A DNA stretch of 64,000 bases from a virus (IMGVR_UViG_3300009784_000001:246418-310417); one strand, 5' to 3'. Positions 1-11,013 are shown, numbered from the stretch's first letter. Notes: generated by a model from the sequence alone, not told the origin. Numbers and translations are program-made.

Positions 1-41
1 TATTTATTAATTTAATTACAAATATGTTATATTACATAATG

Positions 42-178
42 TGTATACGCCAGTCTGGTGCAGATTTATAACTTTTTTATAATTGAATTTACAAGTTGTT
101 ATAGGTGGTTAAATATGGAAAGACCTTTGTTTATGTATACGCCATGACTGGTGCATAAATCTGTAACTTTTTTATTGA
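42..178 (+). repeat. Two imperfect ~45-bp direct repeats (core TGTATACGCCA-N3/4-TGGTGCA, 42-62 and 134-155) upstream of the SSB gene
   Basis: GC-rich core repeated 92 bp apart in AT-rich DNA; each is followed by a similar AT(T/C)T(A/G)TAACTTTTTT..ATTGAA tail. Confidence 0.75.
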
Positions 179-241
179 AGAAAAATGAATAGTTGGTATG
201 AGATTTCATACTGTGAATAATTAAAAAAAATTAAGAAAGAA

Positions 242-1306
242 ATGTACACACAATTTAATCCCACAAGGGAAATGATGGATGCGCTTTATGCGTTGGAAGA
301 AGAAGATAGAAAAAAGAAAGAAGAAACAAAAAAGAAATTTTTCAAAAAAGTAGAATTTTCAGTTAATCATTATTTGTCAAATAGTTTAAGATTAGAAAAT
401 AATGAAAAAGAAAAGATTGTTGTGTTTAGACCATTACCATTTATTCTAGAAGATGGTTTTACAACTATGTTTATTAAAGTAGCTGCTCATGCAGTTAAAA
501 AGGGGAAAGAATTTAATTATTATATTTGCCCCAGACACACCAAAGGGATTGAACATTTTGAATTGGGTAAAGAATGTCCTTTCTGTGAATTAGAAGCTCG
601 TTTTTTAAGTGAAAAGAAAAATGCTATAACAGAAGAAAAAAAGAAATCTTTTGGAATGGAAGCTATAAAAAATCGTGTTGTTTATCAATGGATAATGAGA
701 GGAATTGAGAGGGGAAAAGAACAAGATGGGGTAAAATTTTGGAAATTTAATGATGTTACTAAAGGTGGTAATTATGATAGAATTGTTAAACTAGATCAAT
801 TAAGAAATAAAGAAAGTGTTGAAGCTGGAGATGGAGTATATTCAATTTTTGATTTGGAGAAAGGAAAAGATTTAAATATTCAATTATCTAAAAGCATTAA
901 TAAAGATGGAAAGGAAGTTGTAACTATTACCTCAATAACTGATTCTGGAAGAGAAACTCCAATTTCAAAAAATGAAGAACAAGGTATGAAATGGCTTACT
1001 GATGATGTTAGATGGTATGATGTTTTTACACCAAAACAATATGATGTTTTAAGAATATTTGCTATGGGCGGCACACCTATGTTTAATAAAGAAGCTAAAG
1101 TATGGACAAATAAAGATGACTTTGACAAAATTAAAAATGCAGGTGGTAATCCTATTTATGATGAAGAAAGTGATGAATGGATAGATGAAAAAGATTATAA
1201 TACCAAACACAATAAAACTTCTGAAATTGACGAAATTGAAAAAATAGAAGAAACTTATTCTAATGTTGTTGAAAATCATAATGAAGAAGATGATTTACCG
1301 TTTTAA
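242..1306 (+). CDS. T4 gp32-like single-stranded DNA-binding protein
   Basis: H..CP..CPFC metal motif, GVKFWKF, FDLEKGKDL motif, acidic tail ending DDLPF, first gene of replication cluster. Confidence 0.75.
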   Translation: MYTQFNPTREMMDALYALEEEDRKKKEETKKKFFKKVEFSVNHYLSNSLRLENNEKEKIVVFRPLPFILEDGFTTMFIKVAAHAVKKGKEFNYYICPRHTKGIEHFELGKECPFCELEARFLSEKKNAITEEKKKSFGMEAIKNRVVYQWIMRGIERGKEQDGVKFWKFNDVTKGGNYDRIVKLDQLRNKESVEAGDGVYSIFDLEKGKDLNIQLSKSINKDGKEVVTITSITDSGRETPISKNEEQGMKWLTDDVRWYDVFTPKQYDVLRIFAMGGTPMFNKEAKVWTNKDDFDKIKNAGGNPIYDEESDEWIDEKDYNTKHNKTSEIDEIEKIEETYSNVVENHNEEDDLPF

Positions 1307-1334
1307 TTTTTTAATTTAATATTGTTACGTTTTT

Positions 1335-1913
1335 ATGGCAAAACTTGTATTTAAGTTTGGAAGCATGGGAAGCAGAAAGACTGCTAATCTTCTTATTCAA
1401 GCATATGACTTTGATGAGAAAGATATAAATTTTCTTTGTATGAAACCTGGTATTGATAATAGAAATGGTATTAATATTATTAAATCTAGGATACCAGGTT
1501 TACAAAGGGAATGTATAACTATTTACGAAAATAGTGATATTTTTGAAGCTATTTCATCTGTAATGAATAGTTTAGATTCAGATAATCCAATACAATATAT
1601 ATTAATTGATGAAGCACAATTTTTATCTTCCAAACAAGTTGATCAAATTGTTAAAATAGTTGATGATTTGAATATTAATATATTTTGTTATGGACTTCGT
1701 ACTAATTTTCAAACACACTTATTTGATGGTTCAAAGCGTTTATTTGAAATGGCAGATAAACTTGAAGAATTTGATACTATTTGTGAATGTGGAGAAATGG
1801 CTATTATAAATGCACGAATTGATAATAATGGCAATGTAGTAAAAGAAGGTGAAGAAATTGAAATAGGTTATGATTATATAACTGTATGTAGAAAATGTTA
1901 TGGAAAAATGTAA
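1335..1913 (+). CDS. tdk: Thymidine kinase
   Basis: GSMGSRKT P-loop, ILIDEAQFL, YGLRTNF, ICECG, VCRKCY. Confidence 0.95.
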   Translation: MAKLVFKFGSMGSRKTANLLIQAYDFDEKDINFLCMKPGIDNRNGINIIKSRIPGLQRECITIYENSDIFEAISSVMNSLDSDNPIQYILIDEAQFLSSKQVDQIVKIVDDLNINIFCYGLRTNFQTHLFDGSKRLFEMADKLEEFDTICECGEMAIINARIDNNGNVVKEGEEIEIGYDYITVCRKCYGKM

Positions 1914-1925
1914 AATAAAAAAATT

Positions 1926-2213
1926 ATGGAAAAATTAATATTAGTATTTTATATAGATATTGGAGCGATTGATAGTTCTGATATATATCAATTTATGAAA
2001 GAGGTATCAGAGAATTTGAAAGATGAAGAATGTAAACAATTTTTCATTCCTATTATGGGAAATGGAACTAAAACAAAAATTGAATGTCTTAATCCAAAGT
2101 TATTGAGTGAGAATGAATATGAAGATGTAAGAAAAAAATTAGAATATATAACAAATAAATACGAAGAATTATATGGTAAAACAACCAGTACCAGCCAAGA
2201 AAAAAAGTGCTGA
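1926..2213 (+). CDS. Hypothetical protein
   Basis: ORF in operon, overlaps the next start. Confidence 0.6.
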   Translation: MEKLILVFYIDIGAIDSSDIYQFMKEVSENLKDEECKQFFIPIMGNGTKTKIECLNPKLLSENEYEDVRKKLEYITNKYEELYGKTTSTSQEKKC

Positions 2214-3339
2214 TGATTTTAAAAAAATATCTAATTTAGATAAATTAGAAATAGTCAATAAATTAAAAGAAGAAAATAATTTAAATGGTGTAAAAGATAA
2301 AGAATTGGAATGGTATATTTTTCCAGAAGCCTTTGAAGAATCTGTTAAATTACCTGGTGTTCCAAAAGGCTTTTTTACAATTTTTAGGGGAAAAAGTAAT
2401 ACAGGAAAAAGTACTGCTAAAATTCATGCGATTGTAGAAGCACAGAGGCAAGGTGATTTACCAATTATATATGAAACAGAATCTAATTTTCCTTGGGATC
2501 ATGCAAAAATGATGGGTATGGAATTTGAAGAAGTATGGGGTGATGTAATTGATGAAGAAACTGGTGAAACTATTAAAAAAGTAATTGATCACACAGGTTT
2601 TTTTATTTTTTATGATAATCAAAAATTATTTGAAAAATATGGGAATATAGATCATACAACAGGCGAAAGGAAAAAAATTCCAACAAGAAGAGTTCCAGTT
2701 ATTGAAGATATTGCTTATTCAATGAATGAATATAGAGATATGCAAGAAGATGGGAAATTACCTATGAATATTGTTTGTATATGGGATTCTGTTGGTTCTA
2801 TAATTTCATATAAATCAGCAACAGCTAAAGTTATTAATGCGATGTATGATGCAGGAGCAATTAATTTATGCTTCAAATCATTAATAAATAATAGAATTCC
2901 TTCTTCAAGGAAGGAAACTTCTCAATATTATATGACATTTATTGCAATTAATAAAGTTTGGATAGATAATATGCAAATGGGAGGTCCGCAAGTTAAAAAT
3001 TCAAATGGTGAAAGTTTTTATTATGGAGCTCGTTTAATTGTTCATATGGGAGGTATTATGTCTGCTTCAGTTGAAAAGTTAAAAGCAACATCACTTGGAG
3101 ATACTTATTATTATGGTACTCAAACAAAGATAAAAGTAGAAAAAAATCAAGTAAATGATATTACTTATGAAGGTAAAATTGCTTGCACTCCCCATGGATT
3201 TTGGTCGCCAGATAAATTAGAAGAATATAAAAAGAAAAACGCAAAATTTTTACTTGGAAGAATAGGACAATTATCTGGAGGTAAAGAATTTGATGAGAAT
3301 AGTGAAATTGAATTGGGTAGTGAAGAAAGTGATGATTAA
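2173..3339 (+). CDS. RecA/UvsX-like recombinase
   Basis: Walker A GKSNTGKS, YETE, Walker B IWDSVG, KVEKN. Confidence 0.85.
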   Translation: MVKQPVPAKKKSADDFKKISNLDKLEIVNKLKEENNLNGVKDKELEWYIFPEAFEESVKLPGVPKGFFTIFRGKSNTGKSTAKIHAIVEAQRQGDLPIIYETESNFPWDHAKMMGMEFEEVWGDVIDEETGETIKKVIDHTGFFIFYDNQKLFEKYGNIDHTTGERKKIPTRRVPVIEDIAYSMNEYRDMQEDGKLPMNIVCIWDSVGSIISYKSATAKVINAMYDAGAINLCFKSLINNRIPSSRKETSQYYMTFIAINKVWIDNMQMGGPQVKNSNGESFYYGARLIVHMGGIMSASVEKLKATSLGDTYYYGTQTKIKVEKNQVNDITYEGKIACTPHGFWSPDKLEEYKKKNAKFLLGRIGQLSGGKEFDENSEIELGSEESDD

Positions 3340-3351
3340 GAATGAAAAGTT

Positions 3352-3552
3352 ATGGCTAAAAGATTATTTAGAGAACCTTCAATAGAAACAAGGCAAAAAA
3401 TGAGCGCAAAAAAGAGTGGTAGTAATAACCCAAATTATGGTAAACCAAGAGATGAGAAAACAAAGAAAACTATTTCAGAAAAACTAACCGCATATTGGGC
3501 ATTATTACCAACCAAAGAAGAGTATGAAAAAAGTTTGTTGAATAAAGAGTAA
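3352..3552 (+). CDS. Small stand-alone NUMOD3-motif DNA-binding protein
   Basis: SIETRQKMS..KSGSNNPNYGK..DEKTKKTIS is the NUMOD3 pattern; no nuclease domain. Confidence 0.7.
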   Translation: MAKRLFREPSIETRQKMSAKKSGSNNPNYGKPRDEKTKKTISEKLTAYWALLPTKEEYEKSLLNKE

Positions 3553-3557
3553 AAAAT

Positions 3558-4706
3558 ATGCAACAACCAATAAAAAAAGAAGTACTTGATAATGGAATTA
3601 AGATAAAAGAAGATCCATTTTACACATTACTTTTGGACGGGACTTCACTTTTGAAAGTATGTATGGCTGATCCTACATTAAACGAAAATGGTAAATTAGT
3701 AGGTCCAATATTTCAATTTCTTCTTCAAGTTAAAATACTTATGAATAAGAGAAATTTCAAACATTGTTATTGCTTTTGGGATTGTTCTTTGTCAGGTTTA
3801 CTTAGATACAATTGTTATTCTGATTACAAAAAAAATAGAGATAAATCTTACTCTGAATATGATCAACAATTAAAAGCATTTACAAAAAAGGTTTTATCTT
3901 ATTCAGAAAAGACGGATAAGCAAAATAAAATAGATAATGAAAGAAAGCAATTTGAAGAATTAAAATTAGTTCTTCATTTGATTTTAGAAGAATTATATGT
4001 TCGTCAGGTATGGGATGAAGAAGGAACAGAAGCAGATGATTTAATAGCTTATTATTGTTTGAACAAATTGCCAAATGAGAAAATTTATATTATTAGTAGG
4101 GATAATGATTTAACCCAGCTTATAGATGAAAATATTTGTATATATCAACCTACTGAAAAATTGTTTTTACATAAAGGTAATTTTCAACAAATAAAAGGAA
4201 TCCCAGTTGAAAATGTAGTACTTAAAAAGATATTAACTGGAGATGTTTCTGACAATATAAAAGGTATAAAAGGTTTAGGCGAAAAAACTTTATATGAATT
4301 ATTTCCTGATATAAAGAAAAAACCTATTACACTTGATTATATTTTTGATACTGCTAAATTAATAAATGAACAAAGATTACAAAATAAACCAAAACAAAAA
4401 CCTTTATCAGTATGTGATAATATTTTAAATAAAGTTACAGATGGAGTACAAGGAAATGAAGTTTATGAAATAAATGAGAAAATAATTAATTTGAAAAATC
4501 CATTATTAACTAATTCAATAAAAGAAGAAATGGATAATCTAATACATATTCCAATAGACCCAGAGGGAAGGAGTATGGAAAATTTATATCAGATAATAGT
4601 TAATAATAAAATACAGGATTTAATGGGTAATAAATTTTCAATTTTTTTTTCAACATATAAAAAATTGATTGATAATGAACTATTATTTTTTAATGAAAAT
4701 ATTTGA
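3558..4706 (+). CDS. 5'-3' exonuclease (Pol I N-terminal / T4 RNase H family)
   Basis: LLDG, YKKNR, EADDLIA, SRDNDLTQL, GDVSDNIKGIKGLGEKT helix-3-turn-helix. Confidence 0.92.
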   Translation: MQQPIKKEVLDNGIKIKEDPFYTLLLDGTSLLKVCMADPTLNENGKLVGPIFQFLLQVKILMNKRNFKHCYCFWDCSLSGLLRYNCYSDYKKNRDKSYSEYDQQLKAFTKKVLSYSEKTDKQNKIDNERKQFEELKLVLHLILEELYVRQVWDEEGTEADDLIAYYCLNKLPNEKIYIISRDNDLTQLIDENICIYQPTEKLFLHKGNFQQIKGIPVENVVLKKILTGDVSDNIKGIKGLGEKTLYELFPDIKKKPITLDYIFDTAKLINEQRLQNKPKQKPLSVCDNILNKVTDGVQGNEVYEINEKIINLKNPLLTNSIKEEMDNLIHIPIDPEGRSMENLYQIIVNNKIQDLMGNKFSIFFSTYKKLIDNELLFFNENI

Positions 4707-4791
4707 TATATGTGTTGTAAAATATTAATAAAAAATATATTTTAGTTATATTATAAAAAATGAATGTTTAACTATTAAAAAGAATTTAAAA

Positions 4792-5565
4792 ATGGATATT
4801 AAAGATAAAAATGTGGTATTGAATAATAAAAGTAGCGTTCCTTTAGATTACAAAAATTTTGATTATGAATTTTTATTTAAAATAAATGATGATATTATAT
4901 GTCAGAGATTATTTGATATAAGATTTTTTGATAATAGTTCAATTAGAAGTTTTGATCTAAAATATGCTATTGATGAAATAGTAGAACTTATAAATGATGA
5001 TTTAAAAAGTAAAACAAGAATTTATATGTTTAATATGTGTTATTCAAGAGATAATGAAAAACAGGAAAAAGGAAATAAAATTGTTTTAATAAGTGGAGTA
5101 AGAGGTAATGGAGAAGAAGTTATTGTAGATTATAATGATATGTGGGTGTATCTAGAAAAATCTCCTGAATTTATTCCTATTAAAAATGAAAAAAGTGTAT
5201 ATGAAACATATTTAAAAAATGGTTTTTATACTAATAATAAAGGAGAAAAAACAGAAGTTACGGGCTTTTATAATAGACCAAAAATGGTTAATGGAATAAA
5301 AACATATTTACATGATTATGAAAATCAATTTTCTTTTTCATTTAAAATAAAAGGAAAACCAGTTATTACAAAGATATGGTCAGCAGATGATTATCCTACT
5401 TTTGTTCGTTCTAGTGTTGATATAGCTAATAAAAAAGTGTATATAGGAGTAAATGAATCTCAATCAAGCTATGAATTAAGAAAAAAAATGTTTGAGAATA
5501 GAGAAGATTTAATTCCTAAAATTATTTCAATTTTTAGAGATACTTGTTCAAAAGTAAAATTTTAA
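4792..5565 (+). CDS. Hypothetical phage protein
   Basis: 257-aa ORF between exonuclease and helicase. Confidence 0.7.
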   Translation: MDIKDKNVVLNNKSSVPLDYKNFDYEFLFKINDDIICQRLFDIRFFDNSSIRSFDLKYAIDEIVELINDDLKSKTRIYMFNMCYSRDNEKQEKGNKIVLISGVRGNGEEVIVDYNDMWVYLEKSPEFIPIKNEKSVYETYLKNGFYTNNKGEKTEVTGFYNRPKMVNGIKTYLHDYENQFSFSFKIKGKPVITKIWSADDYPTFVRSSVDIANKKVYIGVNESQSSYELRKKMFENREDLIPKIISIFRDTCSKVKF

Positions 5566-5573
5566 TTAAACAA

Positions 5574-7028
5574 ATGAATAAAAGTAAAGGAAGAACGGAT
5601 CTAGCTTATTTAGGAGAAGATTTTCAGTTTAAACTTATTAAAGCATTTATGGATGATAATGATTTATTCAAAGAATTACTTCCATTTATAGATCAAAACT
5701 GTTTTACAATTTCAAATTTAAAAGTTATAGTTGGTTTTTTGAAAGAATTTTTTGAAAAACAAAATTATATCCCATCCTATGAATTATTATCTATTCAATT
5801 ATCTAATTTTATTAAAAATGGCATAGAATTGGAAGAAATAAGAGAAACTATTAAAGAAATTAAGAAAACTTCTGTTGAAGGTGCTGACTTAATTAAAAAA
5901 GATGGCATTAAGTTTTTTAGACAACAACAATTTTTAAGACTATTTAAAGAAGGCATAGAATATTTGGAAAAAGGAATTGATATTGAAGAGACTGATGTTG
6001 AAACTAAACTTCAAAAAACGATGAATATTGGTAAAACAGAAAAAATATGGGGTACTGTTTTTGAAGATTTGGAAAATACATTATCAGAAGAAGAAGATAT
6101 AAGAATTCCATTGGGCGTTCCAGAAATAGATGAATATTTAGAAGGAGGTTTTATAAAAGGTAATTTAGCTGTTGTTGCGGCAGGAACAGGTGTTGGTAAA
6201 ACTACCATTAGCAGTACTTTAGCTGCAAATGCTGCTACTTATAAATGTGAAAAAAATAATTATGAAGGATTTAAAGTTTTACAAATATTTTTTGAAGATA
6301 AGTTTAAAGCCATAAGAAAAAAACATTTTGGAAAGATAACTGGAATAGAAGCACGTAATTTGAGTAAAAAAGAATATGTAGATTTGGTTAAAGAACATCT
6401 TTCAAATTATGAAGATAAGGAATTATTAGAAAAAAATCTTAAGTTAGGAAAATTTAGAACAGGTGAATTAACAGTATCTCAATTAAAAAATTATATTAAA
6501 AATGTAACTCAATCTGGTTTTAAACCAGATGTTATTTTGATTGATTATTTTGAATGTTTACTCAGCCCTAAACTTAATACTAAAAGTAGTGAATGGACAG
6601 GAGAAACTGCTAGGATGCGTGAATTAGAAAATTTAACTGATGATTTTAATGCACTTGTTGTGATTACAACTCAAGGAACAAAAGAAACAGCACAAGGTAT
6701 GTTAATGACACTTGATAAGATTTCTGGTTCAGCAGGAAAAGGGCAAGTGGCCCATATAGTTCTTTCAATAAGTAAAACTAATAAGGATAAGGATGAAGAT
6801 AGAGCAACTATATATATACCCAAATTTAGAGAAGGTAAAAGTGGGAAATCATTTAGTTGTTATTTTAATAATGGGACATGCGAAATAAAAGTTGAAGAAA
6901 TATTTGATAATCTTGATGAACTATTTAAAAATCAAAACAAAGATACAGATAAATTAAATAAAGAAATACAAAATGAAGTTTTAAGAAATACAAGTAAAAA
7001 ACAATTTAACCAGGAAGTACCATTTTGA
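5574..7028 (+). CDS. DnaB/gp41-like replicative helicase (ATG start at 5574 preferred to 5544)
   Basis: AAGTGVGKT Walker A, ILIDYFE Walker B, TTQG, KFREG arginine finger. Confidence 0.9.
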   Translation: MNKSKGRTDLAYLGEDFQFKLIKAFMDDNDLFKELLPFIDQNCFTISNLKVIVGFLKEFFEKQNYIPSYELLSIQLSNFIKNGIELEEIRETIKEIKKTSVEGADLIKKDGIKFFRQQQFLRLFKEGIEYLEKGIDIEETDVETKLQKTMNIGKTEKIWGTVFEDLENTLSEEEDIRIPLGVPEIDEYLEGGFIKGNLAVVAAGTGVGKTTISSTLAANAATYKCEKNNYEGFKVLQIFFEDKFKAIRKKHFGKITGIEARNLSKKEYVDLVKEHLSNYEDKELLEKNLKLGKFRTGELTVSQLKNYIKNVTQSGFKPDVILIDYFECLLSPKLNTKSSEWTGETARMRELENLTDDFNALVVITTQGTKETAQGMLMTLDKISGSAGKGQVAHIVLSISKTNKDKDEDRATIYIPKFREGKSGKSFSCYFNNGTCEIKVEEIFDNLDELFKNQNKDTDKLNKEIQNEVLRNTSKKQFNQEVPF

Positions 7029-7061
7029 TTATAGTATAAAAAGATTTTTTTAAACTCTTGG

Positions 7062-7093
7062 AATGACTTATTTGTGAAAATAGGTCATTTTTT
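7062..7093 (+). terminator. Intrinsic terminator after the replication operon
   Basis: AATGACTTATTT-GTGA-AAATAGGTCATT followed by a T run. Confidence 0.75.
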
Positions 7094-7129
7094 ATTTTAA
7101 ACTATTGATTTTGAAAATATATTTTTTAA

Positions 7130-7137
7130 TATTTATA
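7130..7137 (+). promoter_or_regulatory. Putative late promoter motif TATTTATA before the baseplate operon
   Basis: The same octamer lies 7-25 nt upstream of starts at 41999, 44662, 59313, 60443 and of minus-strand 34249 and 51628; AT-rich background lowers certainty. Confidence 0.5.
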
Positions 7138-7156
7138 ATAACAAAAGTATAATAGA

Positions 7157-7543
7157 ATGGCGACTAAAAAATATTATTCTATAAATTTTCCATTTACGGC
7201 TGATGCTCCTGAAAACTTTTATGTTGATTTAGCTTCTGATCCTTATGTAGGTATAAAACAGGATTTGATGCATTTATTATTTACACCAAAAGGGCAAAGG
7301 TTACGAAATCCTGATTTTGGTACTAATTTAATGAGACAAATTTTTGAACCAAATGATGATGTAACATTTGGTGATATTAAGATAGAAATGCAAACAGTTA
7401 TTTCTAAATATTTCCCTAATGTTAGTATTACTACATTAGATGTTATTCCAGATGCAGAAAATAGGAGTGTAACTATTAATTTAGCTTATGATATAAATCA
7501 AGGCAATTTTACTGTTCAAGATCAAATAAATTATAGTTTATAA
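7157..7543 (+). CDS. Baseplate wedge subunit, gp25/GPW family
   Basis: LLFTPKGQRLRNPDFGTNL..IFEP motif. Confidence 0.9.
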   Translation: MATKKYYSINFPFTADAPENFYVDLASDPYVGIKQDLMHLLFTPKGQRLRNPDFGTNLMRQIFEPNDDVTFGDIKIEMQTVISKYFPNVSITTLDVIPDAENRSVTINLAYDINQGNFTVQDQINYSL

Positions 7544-7545
7544 TT

Positions 7546-8532
7546 ATGGCTAATAAAATAAATGAAAATATAGTTATAAATAGAATATTGAATAAATGTA
7601 AAGATATGGATTATGAATTTAGGGGATTTGCCAATGATGATAATTCATATCAAGGGAATATTACATATTTAATATTGTATTGTAATAAGCATAATCATGA
7701 ATGGAAAAGTACATATGCTAATTTTATTAGGGGAAGAAAATGTAAATTTTGTGGGAATGAAAGTAAAATACAGAATAAAACTATAGATAAAACACTTGCA
7801 AGAAAAAAAATAGAAAAAAAATGTAAAGAGAAAGAATACATTTTTAAATGTTTTAAAAATGAAAAAAATGAATATCAAAAATGGGATGATAGATTATTAA
7901 TTTATTGTGATAAACATCAATATGAATGGGAGGTTAGTTATACAAATTTTGTAAATGGTTCTATTAATTCTCCTTGTTGCAAAGGAGGTATTGCATTAAA
8001 AGAAAAAGATGTTATAAATAAAATAAATGATAAATGTACTAAATTAAATTATACTTTCAAAGGCTTTATTGGAAATAAATATAAAAATAATAAAACTAAA
8101 TTGATTTTGTTTTGTAATAAACATAGTTATGAATGGTATCCTATTTATTCTGATTTTATTTGTAGAAATTCAGGTTGTCCTATTTGTAGAGAATCTAAGA
8201 TAGAAAAAGAAGTTGTTGATATATTAAAAATCAATTTAATTAAATTTGAAAGATGGTATAAAGATTTTGATTGGCTAAAAAATAAAAAAACTAATAGGAA
8301 ACTTGAACTTGATTTTTATCTTCCAGATTATAATATTGCTATTGAATGTCAAGGCGGACAACATTTCAGAGCTATAAAACAATTTGGTGGCATAAAAGGA
8401 TATGAAAAAATAAAATATAGAGATCAAATAAAAAGAGAATTATGTGAAAATCATAATTTAGCTTTATATTATATTAAATATAATGATAATATTAAAAGTG
8501 AAATGAATAAAATATTAAATTTAATAAAATAA
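7546..8532 (+). CDS. Free-standing endonuclease: three C..H zinc-ribbon repeats plus C-terminal PD-(D/E)XK (Vsr/DUF559-like) domain
   Basis: CNKHxxEW repeats; LELDFYLPDYNIAIECQGxQH; inserted between gp25 and gp6. Confidence 0.8.
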   Translation: MANKINENIVINRILNKCKDMDYEFRGFANDDNSYQGNITYLILYCNKHNHEWKSTYANFIRGRKCKFCGNESKIQNKTIDKTLARKKIEKKCKEKEYIFKCFKNEKNEYQKWDDRLLIYCDKHQYEWEVSYTNFVNGSINSPCCKGGIALKEKDVINKINDKCTKLNYTFKGFIGNKYKNNKTKLILFCNKHSYEWYPIYSDFICRNSGCPICRESKIEKEVVDILKINLIKFERWYKDFDWLKNKKTNRKLELDFYLPDYNIAIECQGGQHFRAIKQFGGIKGYEKIKYRDQIKRELCENHNLALYYIKYNDNIKSEMNKILNLIK

Positions 8533-11000
8533 TGACAACAGTACCAACTAAACGCATTTCTGGTTTAGCTAGATCTTTCGAGGAATATCAAAACGAATTA
8601 CTGAATTTTACTAAATTATTTTATCCTGATATATTGAATAATCTTAATGATAGTAGTGTAGGAGCTTGGTTTATTGATTTAAACGCTTCAATTGGGGATA
8701 ACTTATCAAATTATATAGATAGAAGCTATCAAGAAACAAGTATAGACCAAGCACAGTTAAGAAGAAGTTTATTTTCAATTGCTAGAACAAAAGGATTGAA
8801 AATACCTGGCAAAAAAGCATCATTGGTTGAATGTGAAATAGCTTGTGATGTACCTATGGATAGTAATCTTAATCCAAATGTTAATTATTTACCAATTATA
8901 AGAAAAGGATCACAAGCAACAGGAAATGGTAGAGTTTTTGAATTTATTGATGATTCAGATTTTTCAAATCAGTTTAGTAAAAGTGGAGTTAGTAATAGAC
9001 AAATTATTCCAAAAAGAGATAGTAATGGAACGATAACTGGATATACTGTTAAAAAGTTGGAAGTATTATCAGGAAGTCAAACAAAAATATATAATACTGT
9101 AATAGATGATTTTATGGTAGTACCTTTTATGGAAATTGTATTACCTGAACCAAATGTATTATCAATAGATTCTATAATTTTTAAAGAGGGCACTAACTTT
9201 CAATATACTCCATCTAATCAAGATTTTTCTTTACAACAAGAGTTTTTAGATGGCAGTTCTACAAGTGATGGATTGCCTACATGGAAATATTTTGAAGTGG
9301 ATAGTTTATTGGAAGATAAATTATTTTTACCTGATTTAGAACAAATACCTGGTGGATTTGATAACTATCCACATGAAGTATCTAATAATTTTAATGGTGT
9401 TTCTGTTAATTCAAATGTCAGGATTATAAATGGTGGAACTGGTTATACAACAGGAAATGTGTCTATAACACAAATAGGCTCTGATAATAATGCAACAGGA
9501 ACGGTTACTGTTGCCAGTGGTGTTGTAACAGCAGTTACTATTGTTAATGGTGGAACAAACTATACAAATGGTGCAACAGTTATAATTTCACAAGGTTCAA
9601 ATAGAACAGCAGCAGGAATTGCAGTTGTTAATAGTAGTGGCATAATAACAAGTGTTACAGTTCCAAGTGGAAGTATTATTAACAATGCTGATATAAGACC
9701 AGGTGTTGGTTACAGTATTAATATGATTAATTCAAGTGGAAATGTTCCTGTAATTACATATAATGGGAGAACTTATGCAGCAAATTCTAACAATCAGTTT
9801 TTTGGTATTAATGGTGTAACAACAGGTACAGCACCCATAACAAATCCTACAAATGCTTCTGTTCTTGATATAACTAATTATAATGTTTCAATCGTACCAG
9901 GTTCATGGAAAACTATTAGACAAAAATATATTACAGAATACACAGATAAAGGATTTATGAAAATCATATTTGGTGCTGGTTCTGATTATGGCTATTTTTC
10001 AAATGGCATATTAAGCTCTGGACAAGAACAAATAAGAAGAATTATTAATAATGATAATATGGGTGTATTGCCAAATCCTGGTTGGACTATGTTCATTCAA
10101 TACAGGATAGGTGGAGGTGTGCAATCTAATGTAGCTTCTAATGTTATTAATCAATTAAGTTTTAGAAATATTGATATACCAGGTATTGGAGATGGAAGTG
10201 GTGATGATGCTTATTGGAAAAATTATGTAGATAGATCAATTACTATAACCAATACTTCTCCTTCCGTTTCAGGAAGAGATGAACCATCTAATGATGAAGT
10301 TAGATATATGATAAAATATAATAATCTTGCTCAAAATAGGTGCGTTACAATTCAGGATTATAAGGATAGAATTGAAAAAATGCCACCTTTATATGGTACA
10401 CCATTCCGTTTGGGAATTATAGAAAGAAATAATATTATATATATTTCAATATTAGGTATAGATCAAGGTGGTCATTTAACTGATAATGTAAGTACTACGT
10501 TAATTGATAATATGAGTAATTATTTGAGTGAATATAAAATAATGACTGATTATGTTATAATTAAGCCTGGTAAAATTGTAAATTTACAGATTGAAGCTGA
10601 TATAATTGTTAATAAGGCTTTTAATAATAATGATGTTGTTAAAAATATTATTGAAACAATTCAAGATTTTTTTGATATTAATCAACGAAAAATGGGAGAA
10701 AACATATACATTTCTCAATTAAATCAATCAATATTGTCAGTATCAGGTATTAACAATTTAATTGAAATAAGGGTTTATAATATATTTGATAATGAATATT
10801 CAAAAAATAGAATAAGTCAAGCTATTATTGCAGGGCAATTTACAAATGGTGGAATATGGCAGCCAAGTCAAACTGCTGGAACAAATAGAGTTCAAGTTGA
10901 TTTATTAAATAGTGAAGGTATTCTTTTTGCTGATATAGATACAATGTTTGAAGTAAGAAATATAAATGTTGATATAAAAATAAGAGTTAAAAATAATTGA
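8532..11000 (+). CDS. Baseplate wedge protein, T4 gp6-like, with an inserted G-x-GYT repeat module
   Basis: N-terminal RSFEEY..YPD..DNLSNYID..ET..A..RRSL..IA and AQNRCVTIQDY motifs. Confidence 0.85.
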   Translation: MTTVPTKRISGLARSFEEYQNELLNFTKLFYPDILNNLNDSSVGAWFIDLNASIGDNLSNYIDRSYQETSIDQAQLRRSLFSIARTKGLKIPGKKASLVECEIACDVPMDSNLNPNVNYLPIIRKGSQATGNGRVFEFIDDSDFSNQFSKSGVSNRQIIPKRDSNGTITGYTVKKLEVLSGSQTKIYNTVIDDFMVVPFMEIVLPEPNVLSIDSIIFKEGTNFQYTPSNQDFSLQQEFLDGSSTSDGLPTWKYFEVDSLLEDKLFLPDLEQIPGGFDNYPHEVSNNFNGVSVNSNVRIINGGTGYTTGNVSITQIGSDNNATGTVTVASGVVTAVTIVNGGTNYTNGATVIISQGSNRTAAGIAVVNSSGIITSVTVPSGSIINNADIRPGVGYSINMINSSGNVPVITYNGRTYAANSNNQFFGINGVTTGTAPITNPTNASVLDITNYNVSIVPGSWKTIRQKYITEYTDKGFMKIIFGAGSDYGYFSNGILSSGQEQIRRIINNDNMGVLPNPGWTMFIQYRIGGGVQSNVASNVINQLSFRNIDIPGIGDGSGDDAYWKNYVDRSITITNTSPSVSGRDEPSNDEVRYMIKYNNLAQNRCVTIQDYKDRIEKMPPLYGTPFRLGIIERNNIIYISILGIDQGGHLTDNVSTTLIDNMSNYLSEYKIMTDYVIIKPGKIVNLQIEADIIVNKAFNNNDVVKNIIETIQDFFDINQRKMGENIYISQLNQSILSVSGINNLIEIRVYNIFDNEYSKNRISQAIIAGQFTNGGIWQPSQTAGTNRVQVDLLNSEGILFADIDTMFEVRNINVDIKIRVKNN

Positions 11001-11013
11001 TATATAGATTGTT

